Source: Staphylococcus epidermidis
Lineage (GTDB): Bacteria; Bacillota_I; Bacilli_A; RFN20; CAG-826
NCBI GenBank assembly: GCA_945870555.1
Contig: CAMBSI010000002.1
Span: 14,486 to 78,485, forward strand
Length of the DNA stretch: 64,000 bases
Reading direction: 5' to 3'
The stretch's first letter is position 1, and every line of letters starts with the position of its first letter. Under the pieces are notes generated by a model. That model was not told the origin of the DNA, did no database searches, and was given only the letters and a program-made list of their open reading frames with translations. Below are positions 28,105 to 38,815 of the stretch, piece by piece. Position numbers and translations under genes: made by a program.

Positions 28105-29106
28105 ATGGCAAAAGAAAAAGAAAAAAAAGACGTAAAAGATGAAGCGCTTGAAGAAGCATTACGTAATATAGAAAAAACCTACGGTAAAGGTGCCGTCATG
28201 AAACTTGGTGAAAGACCGGATATTGGTATTGATACCATCCCAACCGGTTCAATTTCACTCGACATCGCCCTTGGTGTTGGTGGATATCCAAAAGGTCGCA
28301 TCATTGAAATTTTTGGTCCAGAATCCAGTGGTAAGACCACACTAGCGCTTTCTGCAATCGCAGAAGCTCAGCGTCGTGGAGGCAAGGCTGCCTTTATTGA
28401 TGCGGAACATGCAATTGATCCTGTTTATGCAAGAAAACTTGGTGTGAATGTAGATGAATTGATTTTATCCCAACCTGATAATGGTGAACAAGCACTTGAA
28501 ATCGTCGAAATGCTTGCCCATTCGAATGCGATCGACTTAATCATCGTTGACTCCGTTGCTGCGTTAGTTCCACAAGCTGAATTGGATGGGATGATGGCAG
28601 ACAATCAAGTGGGTTTACAAGCTCGATTAATGTCAAAAGCCATGCGAAAACTTGCCGCAGTTCTCAATAAATCAAATTGTACGGTCATTTTCATTAACCA
28701 ATTACGGGAAAAAGTGGGCATTGCTTATGGTAATCCCGAAGTGACATCTGGGGGTAGAGCTTTAAAATTCTATTCCTCCGTTCGTCTCGATATCCGTCGT
28801 TCTGAGGCAATTAAAGTGGGCGAAACCGTGATTGGAAACATGGTTAAAATCAAAGTGGTTAAAAATAAAGTCGCTCCGCCATTCATGTTTGCGGAAATCG
28901 AACTCCTATTTGGCCAAGGATTTTCAAAAACTGGAGAAATTCTTGATAAAGCTACCGAATTAGGGCTTATTAAAAAGATGGGTTCTTGGTATGAATTAGA
29001 GGGGACTCGTCTTGGTCAAGGAAGAGAAACCGCCAAAGATTACTTGAAAGCACACCCTGAAATCCTTGAAAAACTAGAAAAAAGAATTAAAACTGGTGAA
29101 GTTTAA
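28105..29106 (+). CDS. recA: Recombinase RecA
   Basis: 333 aa with GPESSGKTT Walker A. Canonical RecA throughout. Confidence 0.97.
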   Translation: MAKEKEKKDVKDEALEEALRNIEKTYGKGAVMKLGERPDIGIDTIPTGSISLDIALGVGGYPKGRIIEIFGPESSGKTTLALSAIAEAQRRGGKAAFIDAEHAIDPVYARKLGVNVDELILSQPDNGEQALEIVEMLAHSNAIDLIIVDSVAALVPQAELDGMMADNQVGLQARLMSKAMRKLAAVLNKSNCTVIFINQLREKVGIAYGNPEVTSGGRALKFYSSVRLDIRRSEAIKVGETVIGNMVKIKVVKNKVAPPFMFAEIELLFGQGFSKTGEILDKATELGLIKKMGSWYELEGTRLGQGRETAKDYLKAHPEILEKLEKRIKTGEV

Positions 29107-29116
29107 CTAAATATCA

Positions 29117-29145
29117 ATCCCAAGTCCTAACTTGGGATTTTTTTT
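29117..29145 (+). terminator. Rho-independent terminator after recA
   Basis: Stem atcccaag / cttgggat with a 6-nt loop, then an 8-T run. Confidence 0.85.
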
Positions 29146-29233
29146 CATATCCAAATCATGGCGCGTTTGCTATGATAAGGTTGTATCTTTTGATACTGGA
29201 TATAGATTCGCATTCGTCGTTTAGAAACTTAAC

Positions 29234-29247
29234 CAGGTTTAAACCTG
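29234..29247. repeat. 14-bp perfect palindrome in the recA-rny intergenic region
   Basis: caggtttaaacctg equals its own reverse complement. Confidence 0.9.
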
Positions 29248-29366
29248 ATAAAAGCCACATACGATTCAATTCATTTAAACGAAGTTTTGTGATTTTTTTA
29301 TACCAACATAATGATTAGGGACCTCACTCGTCATGAAGGTTTCCCTTTACTGAAAGGAGACGTTTT

Positions 29367-30929
29367 ATGGATGCATTTATTGTGATTTTAATTGGAGTAT
29401 TAGCCTTTATTCTTGGGGTAGTTGGAGGCATTTTTTTATACTATAGCTTACCGATTTTTCGGGCAAAAGAAGCGACAAAACGAGCCGCAAAGTTAATTAA
29501 GGATGCCGAAATCAAAGCGGATCATATTGTAAAAAATGCTCAACTCGATGCTAAACAAACAGTTTATGAACTCAAACAAGAAGCAGACAAGGAAATTAAA
29601 GAACGCAAACAAGAGGTGAATGGTTTTGAAAACAAACTATTCCAACGCGAACAAAGTATTGACCGTCGTGATCAAGCTTTGTTGCAAAAGGAAAAGACTT
29701 TAGAAGAAAAAATCGAGCTTCAAGCAAAAAGAATGAAGGAAATTGAACGTAAAGAAGAAGTCCTTCAATTAAAACTTGATTCAATCATTCATGAACTTGA
29801 AAAAGTTTCTGGCATGTCTAGCCAAGAAGCCAAAACGGAAATTCTCAATCGCGTGGAGGCTAAATTGAGCAAAGAAATTGCCAACATCATTAAGCATCGC
29901 GAACAAGAAGCAAAAGACCAAGCACAAATGATGGCGAATGAAATCCTTGGCATGACCTTGAATCGTTATGCACAAGATTTTGTTACAGAAAGAACCGTCT
30001 CCGTTGTCCATCTACCAAGTGATGAAATGAAGGGAAGAATCATCGGCCGTGAAGGTCGCAATATTCGCTCCTTAGAACAAGCATTAGGTGTTGATTTAAT
30101 TATTGATGACACCCCAGAGGTTATTACCGTCAGTTGTTTTGATCCGATTCGTCGAGAAACGGCAAAAAGAACGTTAGAAATTCTTTTAAAAGATGGTAGA
30201 ATTCAACCTGCTCGTATCGAAGAAGTGGCGACAAAAGTAAAAAGTGAACTTGGTGAAGTCATGCATAAAGCTGGTCAAGAAGCAGCCTTTCGCTTAGGCT
30301 TAGGCAATATCCATCCGGAACTATTAGATTTAGTCGGCAGATTAAAATACCGAACCTCGTATGGCCAAAACGCTTATGACCATTCGATTGAAGTGGCTAA
30401 ACTTTGTGGCATCATGGCAGCTGAAATGGGTATTGATCAAAACATGGCCAAACGGGCTGGTTTACTCCATGACGTTGGTAAAGCAATCGACTTCGAAATG
30501 GAAGGAAGTCACGTTGAATTAGGCGCAAGATATGCTCGCAAGTATAACGAACCAGATGTTGTTTTAAATGCGATTGAATCACACCATGGTGATACGGAAA
30601 TCAAATACGTCACCTCCCACTTAGTGATTGCTGCCGACACATTGTCCGCAGCACGACCAGGTGCAAGAAGTGAAACACTAGAAACGTATGTCAAACGTTT
30701 AGAACAATTAGAAACCATTTGCAAGTCTTACGAAGGGGTTGCACAAAGTTACGCAATGCAATCTGGTCGTGAAGTTCGCATCATGGTTGTTCCCGATAAG
30801 ATTGATGATGCAAGTGCCTTAAAACTTTGCCGTGATATCAAGGAACGTATCGAAGCAGAAATGACTTACCCTGGCCAAATCAAGGTTTCAGTCATTCGTG
30901 AATATCGCGCAGTCGAAACCGCAAAATAA
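29367..30929 (+). CDS. rny: Ribonuclease Y
   Basis: 520 aa with an N-terminal TM, coiled coil, KH domain ([12 protein letters not shown]) and HD domain (LLHDVGK). Confidence 0.96.
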   Translation: MDAFIVILIGVLAFILGVVGGIFLYYSLPIFRAKEATKRAAKLIKDAEIKADHIVKNAQLDAKQTVYELKQEADKEIKERKQEVNGFENKLFQREQSIDRRDQALLQKEKTLEEKIELQAKRMKEIERKEEVLQLKLDSIIHELEKVSGMSSQEAKTEILNRVEAKLSKEIANIIKHREQEAKDQAQMMANEILGMTLNRYAQDFVTERTVSVVHLPSDEMKGRIIGREGRNIRSLEQALGVDLIIDDTPEVITVSCFDPIRRETAKRTLEILLKDGRIQPARIEEVATKVKSELGEVMHKAGQEAAFRLGLGNIHPELLDLVGRLKYRTSYGQNAYDHSIEVAKLCGIMAAEMGIDQNMAKRAGLLHDVGKAIDFEMEGSHVELGARYARKYNEPDVVLNAIESHHGDTEIKYVTSHLVIAADTLSAARPGARSETLETYVKRLEQLETICKSYEGVAQSYAMQSGREVRIMVVPDKIDDASALKLCRDIKERIEAEMTYPGQIKVSVIREYRAVETAK

Positions 30930-30934
30930 TCGTC

Positions 30935-31723
30935 ATGAAGTGGTTGTTTATCGGTGACATTGTCGGCAGTTATGGCCGCATGATGGTGGCAAAACATTTA
31001 CCCAAACTTAAGCAAACGTTAGGTTTAGATTTTGTCATCGCCAATGCAGAAAATGCAAGTCACGGTAAAGGATTAATGCGTAAGCATTATGAAGAAATCC
31101 TAGCGATGGGTGTCGATGTGATGACCCTTGGCAATCATTACAATGCCAAAGGGGAAATTCGCGATTATCTCGATCAAACCGTCAGTTTAGTTCGGCCAAA
31201 CAATTTAAAACACCAGTATCCTGGAGTTGGCACTTTGGTTTTTCCAATTCGTGGGAAAAAGGTTAGGGTTACGAATCTATTAGGCCAGGCATTCATGAAT
31301 GAAGAGGTAAACAATCCTTTTGATAGTCTTGAAGCCATCATTGAGACGCAGGAAAAAACCGATCTACATATTGTAGATTTTCACGCAGAAGCCACTGGAG
31401 AAAAATATGCAATGGGTTATGCATTTTCAGGAAAAGTCACCAGTGTATTTTGTACCCACACCCATGTTCAAACAAACGATTTAAGAATGCTTGACCAGCA
31501 AACCTTATTTATTTCGGATGTTGGAATGACGGGTCCTTATAACGGAATTCTCGGGGTTAAAAAAGAAAATATAATCAATCGATTATGGAAACAAGAAAAA
31601 ACGGTTTATGAACTTGCAGATGATGGTGAGTCGGTTTTATCCGCAGTTTTTGTTGAAACCGATGATCAAACCAATCGGGCCATTCAATTTCGAACCATCC
31701 AAGTCATAGATAAGGTAAAATAA
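30935..31723 (+). CDS. ymdB: YmdB-family metallophosphoesterase (2',3'-cyclic-nucleotide phosphodiesterase)
   Basis: 262 aa: MKWLFIGDIVG..., GNH, DFHAEATGEK motifs. Conserved position after rny. Confidence 0.9.
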   Translation: MKWLFIGDIVGSYGRMMVAKHLPKLKQTLGLDFVIANAENASHGKGLMRKHYEEILAMGVDVMTLGNHYNAKGEIRDYLDQTVSLVRPNNLKHQYPGVGTLVFPIRGKKVRVTNLLGQAFMNEEVNNPFDSLEAIIETQEKTDLHIVDFHAEATGEKYAMGYAFSGKVTSVFCTHTHVQTNDLRMLDQQTLFISDVGMTGPYNGILGVKKENIINRLWKQEKTVYELADDGESVLSAVFVETDDQTNRAIQFRTIQVIDKVK

Positions 31724-31727
31724 TCAT

Positions 31728-33182
31728 ATGTCAGATTCAAAATTAAACATCACCGAAAAACCAGATTTAGATAAAGCGAGATCTCGGGTTCGTCAGGAAA
31801 TTCCTGTGGTTCGAGATGAAATCGTTGTTCCGGAAAGATTGTTGCAATATGCACAAGGTAAACTTTATTTTATTCGTACCTATGGTTGCCAGGCAAACGT
31901 TCGAGATGAAGAAAACATGCGAGGATTACTCGAACTGAGCGGTTTTAAGTCCGTGGATGATGAAAAACTTGCAGATTTAGTCATTATTAATACTTGCGCA
32001 ATTCGGGAAAATGCAGAAGATAAAGTCTTTGGTGAACTTGGCATTTTAAAAGGCCTAAAAGCAATCAAGCCTGAAATGTTAATTGCAGTCAGTGGTTGTA
32101 TGGTCCAACAAACCCATATTGTCGATACGATTACCCAAAAGTATCGTCATGTCGATTTAATGTTTGGCACTCATAATATTCATCATTTACTTGAATTGAT
32201 TGACGAATCAATTACCAAACGTGTTCGCGTGGTGAATGTTCCATCCAAGTATGGTGAAATCGTTGAGAATATGCCTTCAAAACGGAATCACCGTTTTAAG
32301 GCTTTTGTGAACATCATGTATGGATGTGATAAATTTTGCACGTACTGTATTGTTCCTTATACAAGAGGAAAAGAACGTTCTCGCTTAATGGATGATGTTT
32401 TAAAGGAATGTCGGTCGTTGGTTGAGGATGGTTATCAAGAGATCACCTTGGTTGGCCAAAATGTAAATTCCTATGGAAAAGACTTTAAAAATGGGACTAC
32501 TTTTGGTCAATTACTTGAGGCCGTTGCATTAACCGGTATTGCAAGACTTCGTTTCATGACCAGTCATCCTTGGGATTTCACAGATGAAATGCTTAAAATC
32601 ATCGCAAAATATGACAACATCATGAACCATATTCACCTTCCTTTTCAAGCAGGTGATGATATGATTTTGCGATTGATGGCGAGACGATATACCGTTGCGT
32701 CTTACCTCGACCTTGTTTCAAAAATGAAACAATGGATTCCAAACGTCACCCTGACTACAGACATCATTGTTGGTTTTCCTAATGAAACGGAAGCTCAATT
32801 TCAAGGTACGCTAGACTTGGTAGAAAAAGTTGGATTTGATGCCACCTTTACTTTTATCTACTCACCACGAAAAGGCACACCTGCCCATAAAATGATTGAT
32901 AACGTTCCTTATGAAGAAAAACAAAAAAGATTTTATCGATTAAAGGAACTTGTCGATCGGGTCGCTAAAGAAAAATCCGACTTAATGGTTGGGAAAACTT
33001 ATTCCGTCCTTGTCGACGGTGTTAGTAAAAATAATCCAGATAAGTTATCCGCCTACACAGAAAGTAGTAAATTGGTTCATTTTAAAGGTGACCTTGGTTT
33101 AGTTGGTAAGATTGTTCGCGTCCGTATTGATGAAGCAAACACGTATACCTTATTTGGGACTTTAGTGGATGACCAAGCTTGA
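31728..33182 (+). CDS. miaB: tRNA-i6A37 methylthiotransferase MiaB
   Basis: 484 aa with UPF0004 Cys residues (YGCQAN, NTCAIRE, GCM), radical-SAM CDKFCTYC and a TRAM domain. Confidence 0.93.
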   Translation: MSDSKLNITEKPDLDKARSRVRQEIPVVRDEIVVPERLLQYAQGKLYFIRTYGCQANVRDEENMRGLLELSGFKSVDDEKLADLVIINTCAIRENAEDKVFGELGILKGLKAIKPEMLIAVSGCMVQQTHIVDTITQKYRHVDLMFGTHNIHHLLELIDESITKRVRVVNVPSKYGEIVENMPSKRNHRFKAFVNIMYGCDKFCTYCIVPYTRGKERSRLMDDVLKECRSLVEDGYQEITLVGQNVNSYGKDFKNGTTFGQLLEAVALTGIARLRFMTSHPWDFTDEMLKIIAKYDNIMNHIHLPFQAGDDMILRLMARRYTVASYLDLVSKMKQWIPNVTLTTDIIVGFPNETEAQFQGTLDLVEKVGFDATFTFIYSPRKGTPAHKMIDNVPYEEKQKRFYRLKELVDRVAKEKSDLMVGKTYSVLVDGVSKNNPDKLSAYTESSKLVHFKGDLGLVGKIVRVRIDEANTYTLFGTLVDDQA

Positions 33183-33480
33183 TGATGTAGTGGATGAGCT
33201 TGCCAAAGCTTTACAAAACTTACCAGAAGTTAAAACTTTTTTTGATTTGCGCCAACAAATCCTACTTGATCCTTTTTTAAACGAGCAACAAGCGCAAATG
33301 AAGCACCACCAAAAGTTAATGATGAAACATCTTTCAGAATCAGAGATTTATCAAACACATCAAAAAGCTTATCAGCACCATCAGCGCGCTTTTGACGAGC
33401 ATCCATTGGTTCAGAATTATGTGAGTTTAAAAGAACAGTTGTCGCCATTGATTGAACAGTTACAAACGATTATTGAATAG
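33169..33480 (+). CDS. ymcA: YlbF/YmcA-family protein (RicA-like)
   Basis: 103 aa helical protein directly after miaB, as with B. subtilis ymcB-ymcA. Confidence 0.6.
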   Translation: MTKLDDVVDELAKALQNLPEVKTFFDLRQQILLDPFLNEQQAQMKHHQKLMMKHLSESEIYQTHQKAYQHHQRAFDEHPLVQNYVSLKEQLSPLIEQLQTIIE

Positions 33481-33522
33481 GCATAAATACAATGCATTTG
33501 GTATGATGAAGGCAGTGAATTT

Positions 33523-36024
33523 ATGAACAAAACCACCGCACCATACACCCCGATGATGATGCAGTATTTAAAGATTAAGGATCAATATCCGGATACGTTA
33601 ATCTTTTTTAGGCTTGGGGATTTTTATGAGTTATTCTTTGATGACGCAAAAATTGCGTCGAAAGAACTTTCGCTTGTGTTAACTGGCAAGAGTGCGGGCC
33701 AGCCTGAACGCGTACCGATGTGTGGGGTCCCATATCATGCAGCTAAAAGTTATATTAAGAAGTTAATTGAACGTGGTTATAGGGTCGGTTTGGTGGAACA
33801 ACTTGAAGACGCAAGTGTAGCCAAAGGTCTTGTTCAACGAGATGTCACTCACATTTATACGCCCGGTTCATTTGTAGAAGATGAGGATGCCAATCATAAT
33901 TTTTTACTTGCAATGAGCAGCGATGGACCTAGATTTGTTTTGATATATGGCGATGCTTCCACGGGTGACGTCTATTTAGATCACCTAGAAAAAGAGCCAG
34001 AAGTATTACAAAACTATTTGCAAAAATTGAGTTGCCATGAAGTGGTCCTTAATCAAGAATTAGCGAACCAGTTAGAACCTTTTTTGACACCGATGCGTAT
34101 CACCGTTTCCATTCAACCCGACCCTGTGATTGCTCATCCTCAAAACGGTTTTGACTTGAGCGAACAATTGACTTATCAACGATGGCTTGATTATTTACAA
34201 TTTACACAACGAAAAACTTTACCATTTCTAAAATCTATTGTTCGATTCGATCAACAATCGATGATGAAAATCGATGGCATATCATTGGCAAACCTTGAAG
34301 TCTTGCAGTCATTAAAACATCAAGCATCACATGGTTCATTATTTGGACTACTCAATGAAACAACTACTTCCATGGGTTCAAGGCTATTAAGACAATGGTT
34401 GATTCAACCAAGTGCCCATTTACTCACCATTCGTATGCGCCATCAAGTGGTTGGTGAATTCATCAGTAAATTTCTCGAACTGGAAACATTAAGAAATTTG
34501 TTTAAATCCATTTCAGATTTACCCAGATTGGTTGGAAAAATCAATCTCTTACAAGTGAATGCAAAAGAGTTATTGGCATTGAAACTTTCTTTACATCAGT
34601 TACCTCCGATTTTAACGATTTTGTCCACATTCACTTCTCCTCTTCTAAAACAATTGCTTAACAATTTTAAACCCTTACCTGAAGTCGTTGATTTGCTTGA
34701 GCACGCGATTCATGAGGATCCACCGATTAGCGTCAAAGAAGGCCAACTCATTAAACCAGGTTTTAATGAAAATTTAGATCATTGGTTAAACTTGGCTAAA
34801 AACGGAAAGTATGCCCTTATTGAATTGGAAAAAAGTGAAAGACAAAGAACGAGCATTAAGAATTTAAAAGTAGGGTATAACCAAGTCTTCGGATATTATC
34901 TTGAAGTTTCAAATGGTCAACTTGGAAGTTTAAAACCTGAATTTGGTTATGAAAGAAGGCAAACCTTAGCCAATGGAGAACGCTTTATCACCAAGGAATT
35001 AAAAGCACTTGAAAGTGATTTGCTCCAAGCAGAAGAGATGCAAAAGAAAATAGAGGAATCATTATTTTTTGAGATTGTAACGAAGCTTCAAACCTTTACA
35101 AAGGCATTTCAACACCTTGCAGATGTGATTGCCCAACTGGATGTTTTATCATCGTTTGCGATCGTCAGCAGTCAATACCAATTCGTTGCACCTACTATCA
35201 ATGAAAAATCAATCATCGACATTGAACAATGTCGTCATCCTGTTATTGAAAAAGTGATGAAAAAATCAGTCTTTGTTGCCAATGACTTTCAAATGAATGA
35301 GACGACCAACACCATTTTGATTACCGGTCCTAACATGGGTGGAAAATCTACAATCATGAGACAAATCGCATTGGTGATGATCTTGAGTCAAATTGGTTGT
35401 TTTGTTCCTGCTAAAAAAGCCTCACTTATGCTTGTTGATGCCATCTATACTCGGATTGGCGCAAGTGATGATCTCGTTGGTGGCCAATCCACCTTTATGA
35501 TGGAAATGACACAGACGCAATTTGCCCTTGCGAACGCCACAAAAAATTCGCTTTTGATCTTTGATGAGATTGGCCGGGGAACTGCAACATTTGATGGCAT
35601 GGCGCTTGCTCAAGCAATCATTGAATTTACTACCCTATCAATTAAAGCAAAAACATTATTTTCAACGCATTATCATGAGTTAACGCAATTAGAAGCAACT
35701 TTACCAACCCTTAAAAATATGCATGTTGCGGTTCATGAAGAAAATGAAAAAGTAACCTTTTTATACCAATTAAGGCATGGGGCAATGAGTCGATCTTTTG
35801 GCATTCATGTTGCGCAACTAGCGTCATTACCAAACCGGATTATTGAACGGGCTAAAATTATTCTTGATCAGTTAGAAAAACAACCTCAAGTTGTTCAAAC
35901 CATCAAAGAAAAACCTAAGTTATCATCAATTGAACAATCGATTCAAAGCATCAATCCTTTAATGATCACCCCATTAGAGGCTTTACAAATGTTAGTTGAT
36001 CTTAAAAAGAAGATTGGATCATGA
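33523..36024 (+). CDS. mutS: DNA mismatch repair protein MutS
   Basis: 833 aa: TPMMMQYL, GDFYELF, GPNMGGKST, STHYHEL. Confidence 0.97.
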   Translation: MNKTTAPYTPMMMQYLKIKDQYPDTLIFFRLGDFYELFFDDAKIASKELSLVLTGKSAGQPERVPMCGVPYHAAKSYIKKLIERGYRVGLVEQLEDASVAKGLVQRDVTHIYTPGSFVEDEDANHNFLLAMSSDGPRFVLIYGDASTGDVYLDHLEKEPEVLQNYLQKLSCHEVVLNQELANQLEPFLTPMRITVSIQPDPVIAHPQNGFDLSEQLTYQRWLDYLQFTQRKTLPFLKSIVRFDQQSMMKIDGISLANLEVLQSLKHQASHGSLFGLLNETTTSMGSRLLRQWLIQPSAHLLTIRMRHQVVGEFISKFLELETLRNLFKSISDLPRLVGKINLLQVNAKELLALKLSLHQLPPILTILSTFTSPLLKQLLNNFKPLPEVVDLLEHAIHEDPPISVKEGQLIKPGFNENLDHWLNLAKNGKYALIELEKSERQRTSIKNLKVGYNQVFGYYLEVSNGQLGSLKPEFGYERRQTLANGERFITKELKALESDLLQAEEMQKKIEESLFFEIVTKLQTFTKAFQHLADVIAQLDVLSSFAIVSSQYQFVAPTINEKSIIDIEQCRHPVIEKVMKKSVFVANDFQMNETTNTILITGPNMGGKSTIMRQIALVMILSQIGCFVPAKKASLMLVDAIYTRIGASDDLVGGQSTFMMEMTQTQFALANATKNSLLIFDEIGRGTATFDGMALAQAIIEFTTLSIKAKTLFSTHYHELTQLEATLPTLKNMHVAVHEENEKVTFLYQLRHGAMSRSFGIHVAQLASLPNRIIERAKIILDQLEKQPQVVQTIKEKPKLSSIEQSIQSINPLMITPLEALQMLVDLKKKIGS

Positions 36025-37724
36025 TGAACAAAATTCATATTCTGACCTCTCAATTGAGTAACATGATTGCCGCAGGTGAAGTTGTCGAACGACCTGGAAG
36101 TGTGATTAAAGAATTGGTTGAGAACGCCATTGATGCAAATGCCACAAGAATTGAAATTAGCATTGAACATGCTGGCCGGACGTTTATGGAAGTTCGTGAT
36201 AATGGTGATGGGATGAGTCACGATGATTTAGCAAAATCCATTCTTCGACATGCCACAAGTAAAATCCGAGATGAGTATGATTTGTTTAGAATTAAGACGC
36301 TTGGCTTCCGGGGCGAAGCATTGCCATCAATTGCCAGTGTATCTCAATTAAAGATTGCCACATCAGACGGGCAAGGACCTGGTTACCAATTAACGATGCA
36401 TGAAGGTATTCCCACCATCACACCAACGATTGGGCGTAAGGGTACAACCGTTACGGTTGAAAATTTATTTTATAATACGCCAGCCCGCTTAAAATTTTTA
36501 CGAAATGACTATCTTGAAACCAGCCATGTCATTGATGTTGTCACCCGCATTGCGTTAGGCCATCCTCATATTGCCTTCCAATTAACGATTGATGGAACCA
36601 AAACGTTTGTCACGGATGGTCGTGGCGATGTTTTCGCAGTCATGACTCAAATTTTTGGTTCAGAAACAACCAAGCAAACCAAGCCTTTTCAATTGATCAC
36701 CCATGATGTGGAAGTTCGCGGTTATCTTGGTTTACCTGGCATTGCCAAGAGCCATCGTTATGGCATTTATACCTTGGTCAATGGGCGATCGGTGGTTCTT
36801 CCTAAAATTAATCAAGCAATTTTAGAAGCATATCGGCCTTATTTACCGCCAGTAAGATACCCTTGGATTTATCTTCATCTACATGTGGATCCAAGTTTGG
36901 TGGATGTCAATGTCCATCCGACCAAAAGAGAAGTACGGTTATCAAAAGAAGAAGGATTAAAAGCTTCTTTAATGTTAGCGATCAAAGAATCATTACAAAA
37001 AACGAATTTAGCGCCAATCGGTTTAAACCAATCGCCAACTTTTAAGCCTCAAGCGAATGGCCAATCTTCACTTCGTGAATCAACTGAAGTCCAGTATCCA
37101 TCATCGGATTTCATCCCCATCACATTTGATGGTCAGCAGCAACAAACTCAATTAACGGTTGTCGCACAAATGCATCTGACTTACTTGGTTTGCCAAGATA
37201 ACCAAGGAAGCATTTATTTAATTGATCAACATGCTGCCGATGAACGCATCCGTTATGAACAACAATTAAAACTTCTTGAAGATAAAAAGTTCATGGTATC
37301 CCCATTGATTCCAGTAACCATTGAACTTAAACCAAATGAACTCAAACTTTTGACCGATGAACGATTGAAGATGCTTTTGAGTGTCGGCATTGAAATGGTT
37401 CCATTTGGAGGAAGAGTTTTTAAAGTAAACACCGTGCCTTCATGGGCGATTGCCTCTGCTCAAACCTTTGTGGAAGATCTCTTGATGCAACTGTTTGAAG
37501 AACCAAACCTAAATCCTGACAAACTTAGATTATATGCATTGGCTTCAAAAGCCTGTAAAACCAGCATCAAAGCACAAGATATCTTGACGCTTGAAGCAAT
37601 GCAAAGTCTTGTGAATCGACTACTTTTATGTCAGTATCCTTATACATGTCCACATGGTCGTCCGACGATGGTTCAGTTTGGAAAAAGACAGTTAGAAGCG
37701 ATGTTCAATCGGTCAGGATTTTAA
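36021..37724 (+). CDS. mutL: DNA mismatch repair endonuclease MutL
   Basis: 567 aa with a GHKL ATPase N-terminus (IAAGEVVERP) and C-terminal DQHAADERIRYE endonuclease motif. ATGA overlap with mutS. Confidence 0.96.
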   Translation: MMNKIHILTSQLSNMIAAGEVVERPGSVIKELVENAIDANATRIEISIEHAGRTFMEVRDNGDGMSHDDLAKSILRHATSKIRDEYDLFRIKTLGFRGEALPSIASVSQLKIATSDGQGPGYQLTMHEGIPTITPTIGRKGTTVTVENLFYNTPARLKFLRNDYLETSHVIDVVTRIALGHPHIAFQLTIDGTKTFVTDGRGDVFAVMTQIFGSETTKQTKPFQLITHDVEVRGYLGLPGIAKSHRYGIYTLVNGRSVVLPKINQAILEAYRPYLPPVRYPWIYLHLHVDPSLVDVNVHPTKREVRLSKEEGLKASLMLAIKESLQKTNLAPIGLNQSPTFKPQANGQSSLRESTEVQYPSSDFIPITFDGQQQQTQLTVVAQMHLTYLVCQDNQGSIYLIDQHAADERIRYEQQLKLLEDKKFMVSPLIPVTIELKPNELKLLTDERLKMLLSVGIEMVPFGGRVFKVNTVPSWAIASAQTFVEDLLMQLFEEPNLNPDKLRLYALASKACKTSIKAQDILTLEAMQSLVNRLLLCQYPYTCPHGRPTMVQFGKRQLEAMFNRSGF

Positions 37725-37726
37725 AG

Positions 37727-38596
37727 ATGATTTATGTGATTGGTGGACCGACCGGAACAGGTAAAACAACCCTAGCATTAGAACTTGCGAAGGTATGGAA
37801 GGCCCCCATCGTGAATGCCGATGCATTTCAAATGTATCAAGGCATGGATATTGGAACCAACAAAGATAAAGCAAGACTTAAAAATTTCCAAACCTATTTT
37901 TTTGATCACGTTTCTCCGCAAGAAGGCATGACGGTGGCGAGATACCAAAAAGAAGTGAGAGCGTTACTTTTAGAGCTTTTACCAAAACATCCTAAAATTA
38001 TTCTCGTCGGTGGCACTGGTTTATATATCAAAGCAAGTTTATTTAACTTTCATTTTGCAGATCACGAGACGGAACCTGATTTAACTGCATTTGAAACGAT
38101 GGATAATCTCAAACTTCATCAATGCTTATCTGAATTCGATCACCAAGCTGCCACCAAGATTCACCCACAAAATCGCAGGCGTGTCCTTCGTGCCATCGCC
38201 ATTCATCTTGCAACGGGTCGAACAAAAACTGAACAAGAAGGCGTTCAGATGAAAGAACCTTTATTCCCTTGTCGGATTGTTGCGATTCAAGCAGAAAAGA
38301 AAACATTAAACCAGGATTTAGATCAAAGGGTGCTTGATATGTTTGCAAAGGGATTGGTCAAAGAGGTTCAAGCATTAAAAGACAAATTTGGTGATAAAAT
38401 TCATGCGTTTCAGGCGATTGGTTATAAAGAAACACTCCGTTATTTAAATGGAGAAGAAACGTTAGATAAAACCATACAAACCATTCAAACCGCAACCCGA
38501 CGTTATGCAAAAAGACAGATTACGTATTTTCGGCATCAATTACCAACGCAATGGTTCCCTGATTGGCAAACTGCATTAAAGGATTTAACCTCATGA
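37727..38596 (+). CDS. miaA: tRNA dimethylallyltransferase MiaA
   Basis: Start at ATG 37727 (MIYVIGGPTGTGKTT). The track's extension lies inside mutL. Confidence 0.92.
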   Translation: MIYVIGGPTGTGKTTLALELAKVWKAPIVNADAFQMYQGMDIGTNKDKARLKNFQTYFFDHVSPQEGMTVARYQKEVRALLLELLPKHPKIILVGGTGLYIKASLFNFHFADHETEPDLTAFETMDNLKLHQCLSEFDHQAATKIHPQNRRRVLRAIAIHLATGRTKTEQEGVQMKEPLFPCRIVAIQAEKKTLNQDLDQRVLDMFAKGLVKEVQALKDKFGDKIHAFQAIGYKETLRYLNGEETLDKTIQTIQTATRRYAKRQITYFRHQLPTQWFPDWQTALKDLTS

Positions 38597-38793
38597 ATGT
38601 AGCAAACTATCAAATTGGCAACCAAGTTGAAATGAAAAAACCGCATCCTTGCGTCAAACGTTCAACGATGTTTTTAGTCGTTAAAATTGGAGCGGACATT
38701 AAAATTAAATGCCTTGGGTGTGGAACGTTGTTGATGATGACGCGTGACCACTTTAACTCAAGATTGAAGCGGGTGGTTGTCTCCGAATCCTAG
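38593..38793 (+). CDS. DUF951-family small protein (YyzM-like)
   Basis: 66 aa: MNVANYQIGNQVEMKKPHPC...IKCLGCG. ATGA overlap with miaA. Confidence 0.65.
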   Translation: MNVANYQIGNQVEMKKPHPCVKRSTMFLVVKIGADIKIKCLGCGTLLMMTRDHFNSRLKRVVVSES

Positions 38794-38815
38794 AAATTCC
38801 ATCTATTAAAAGGAG

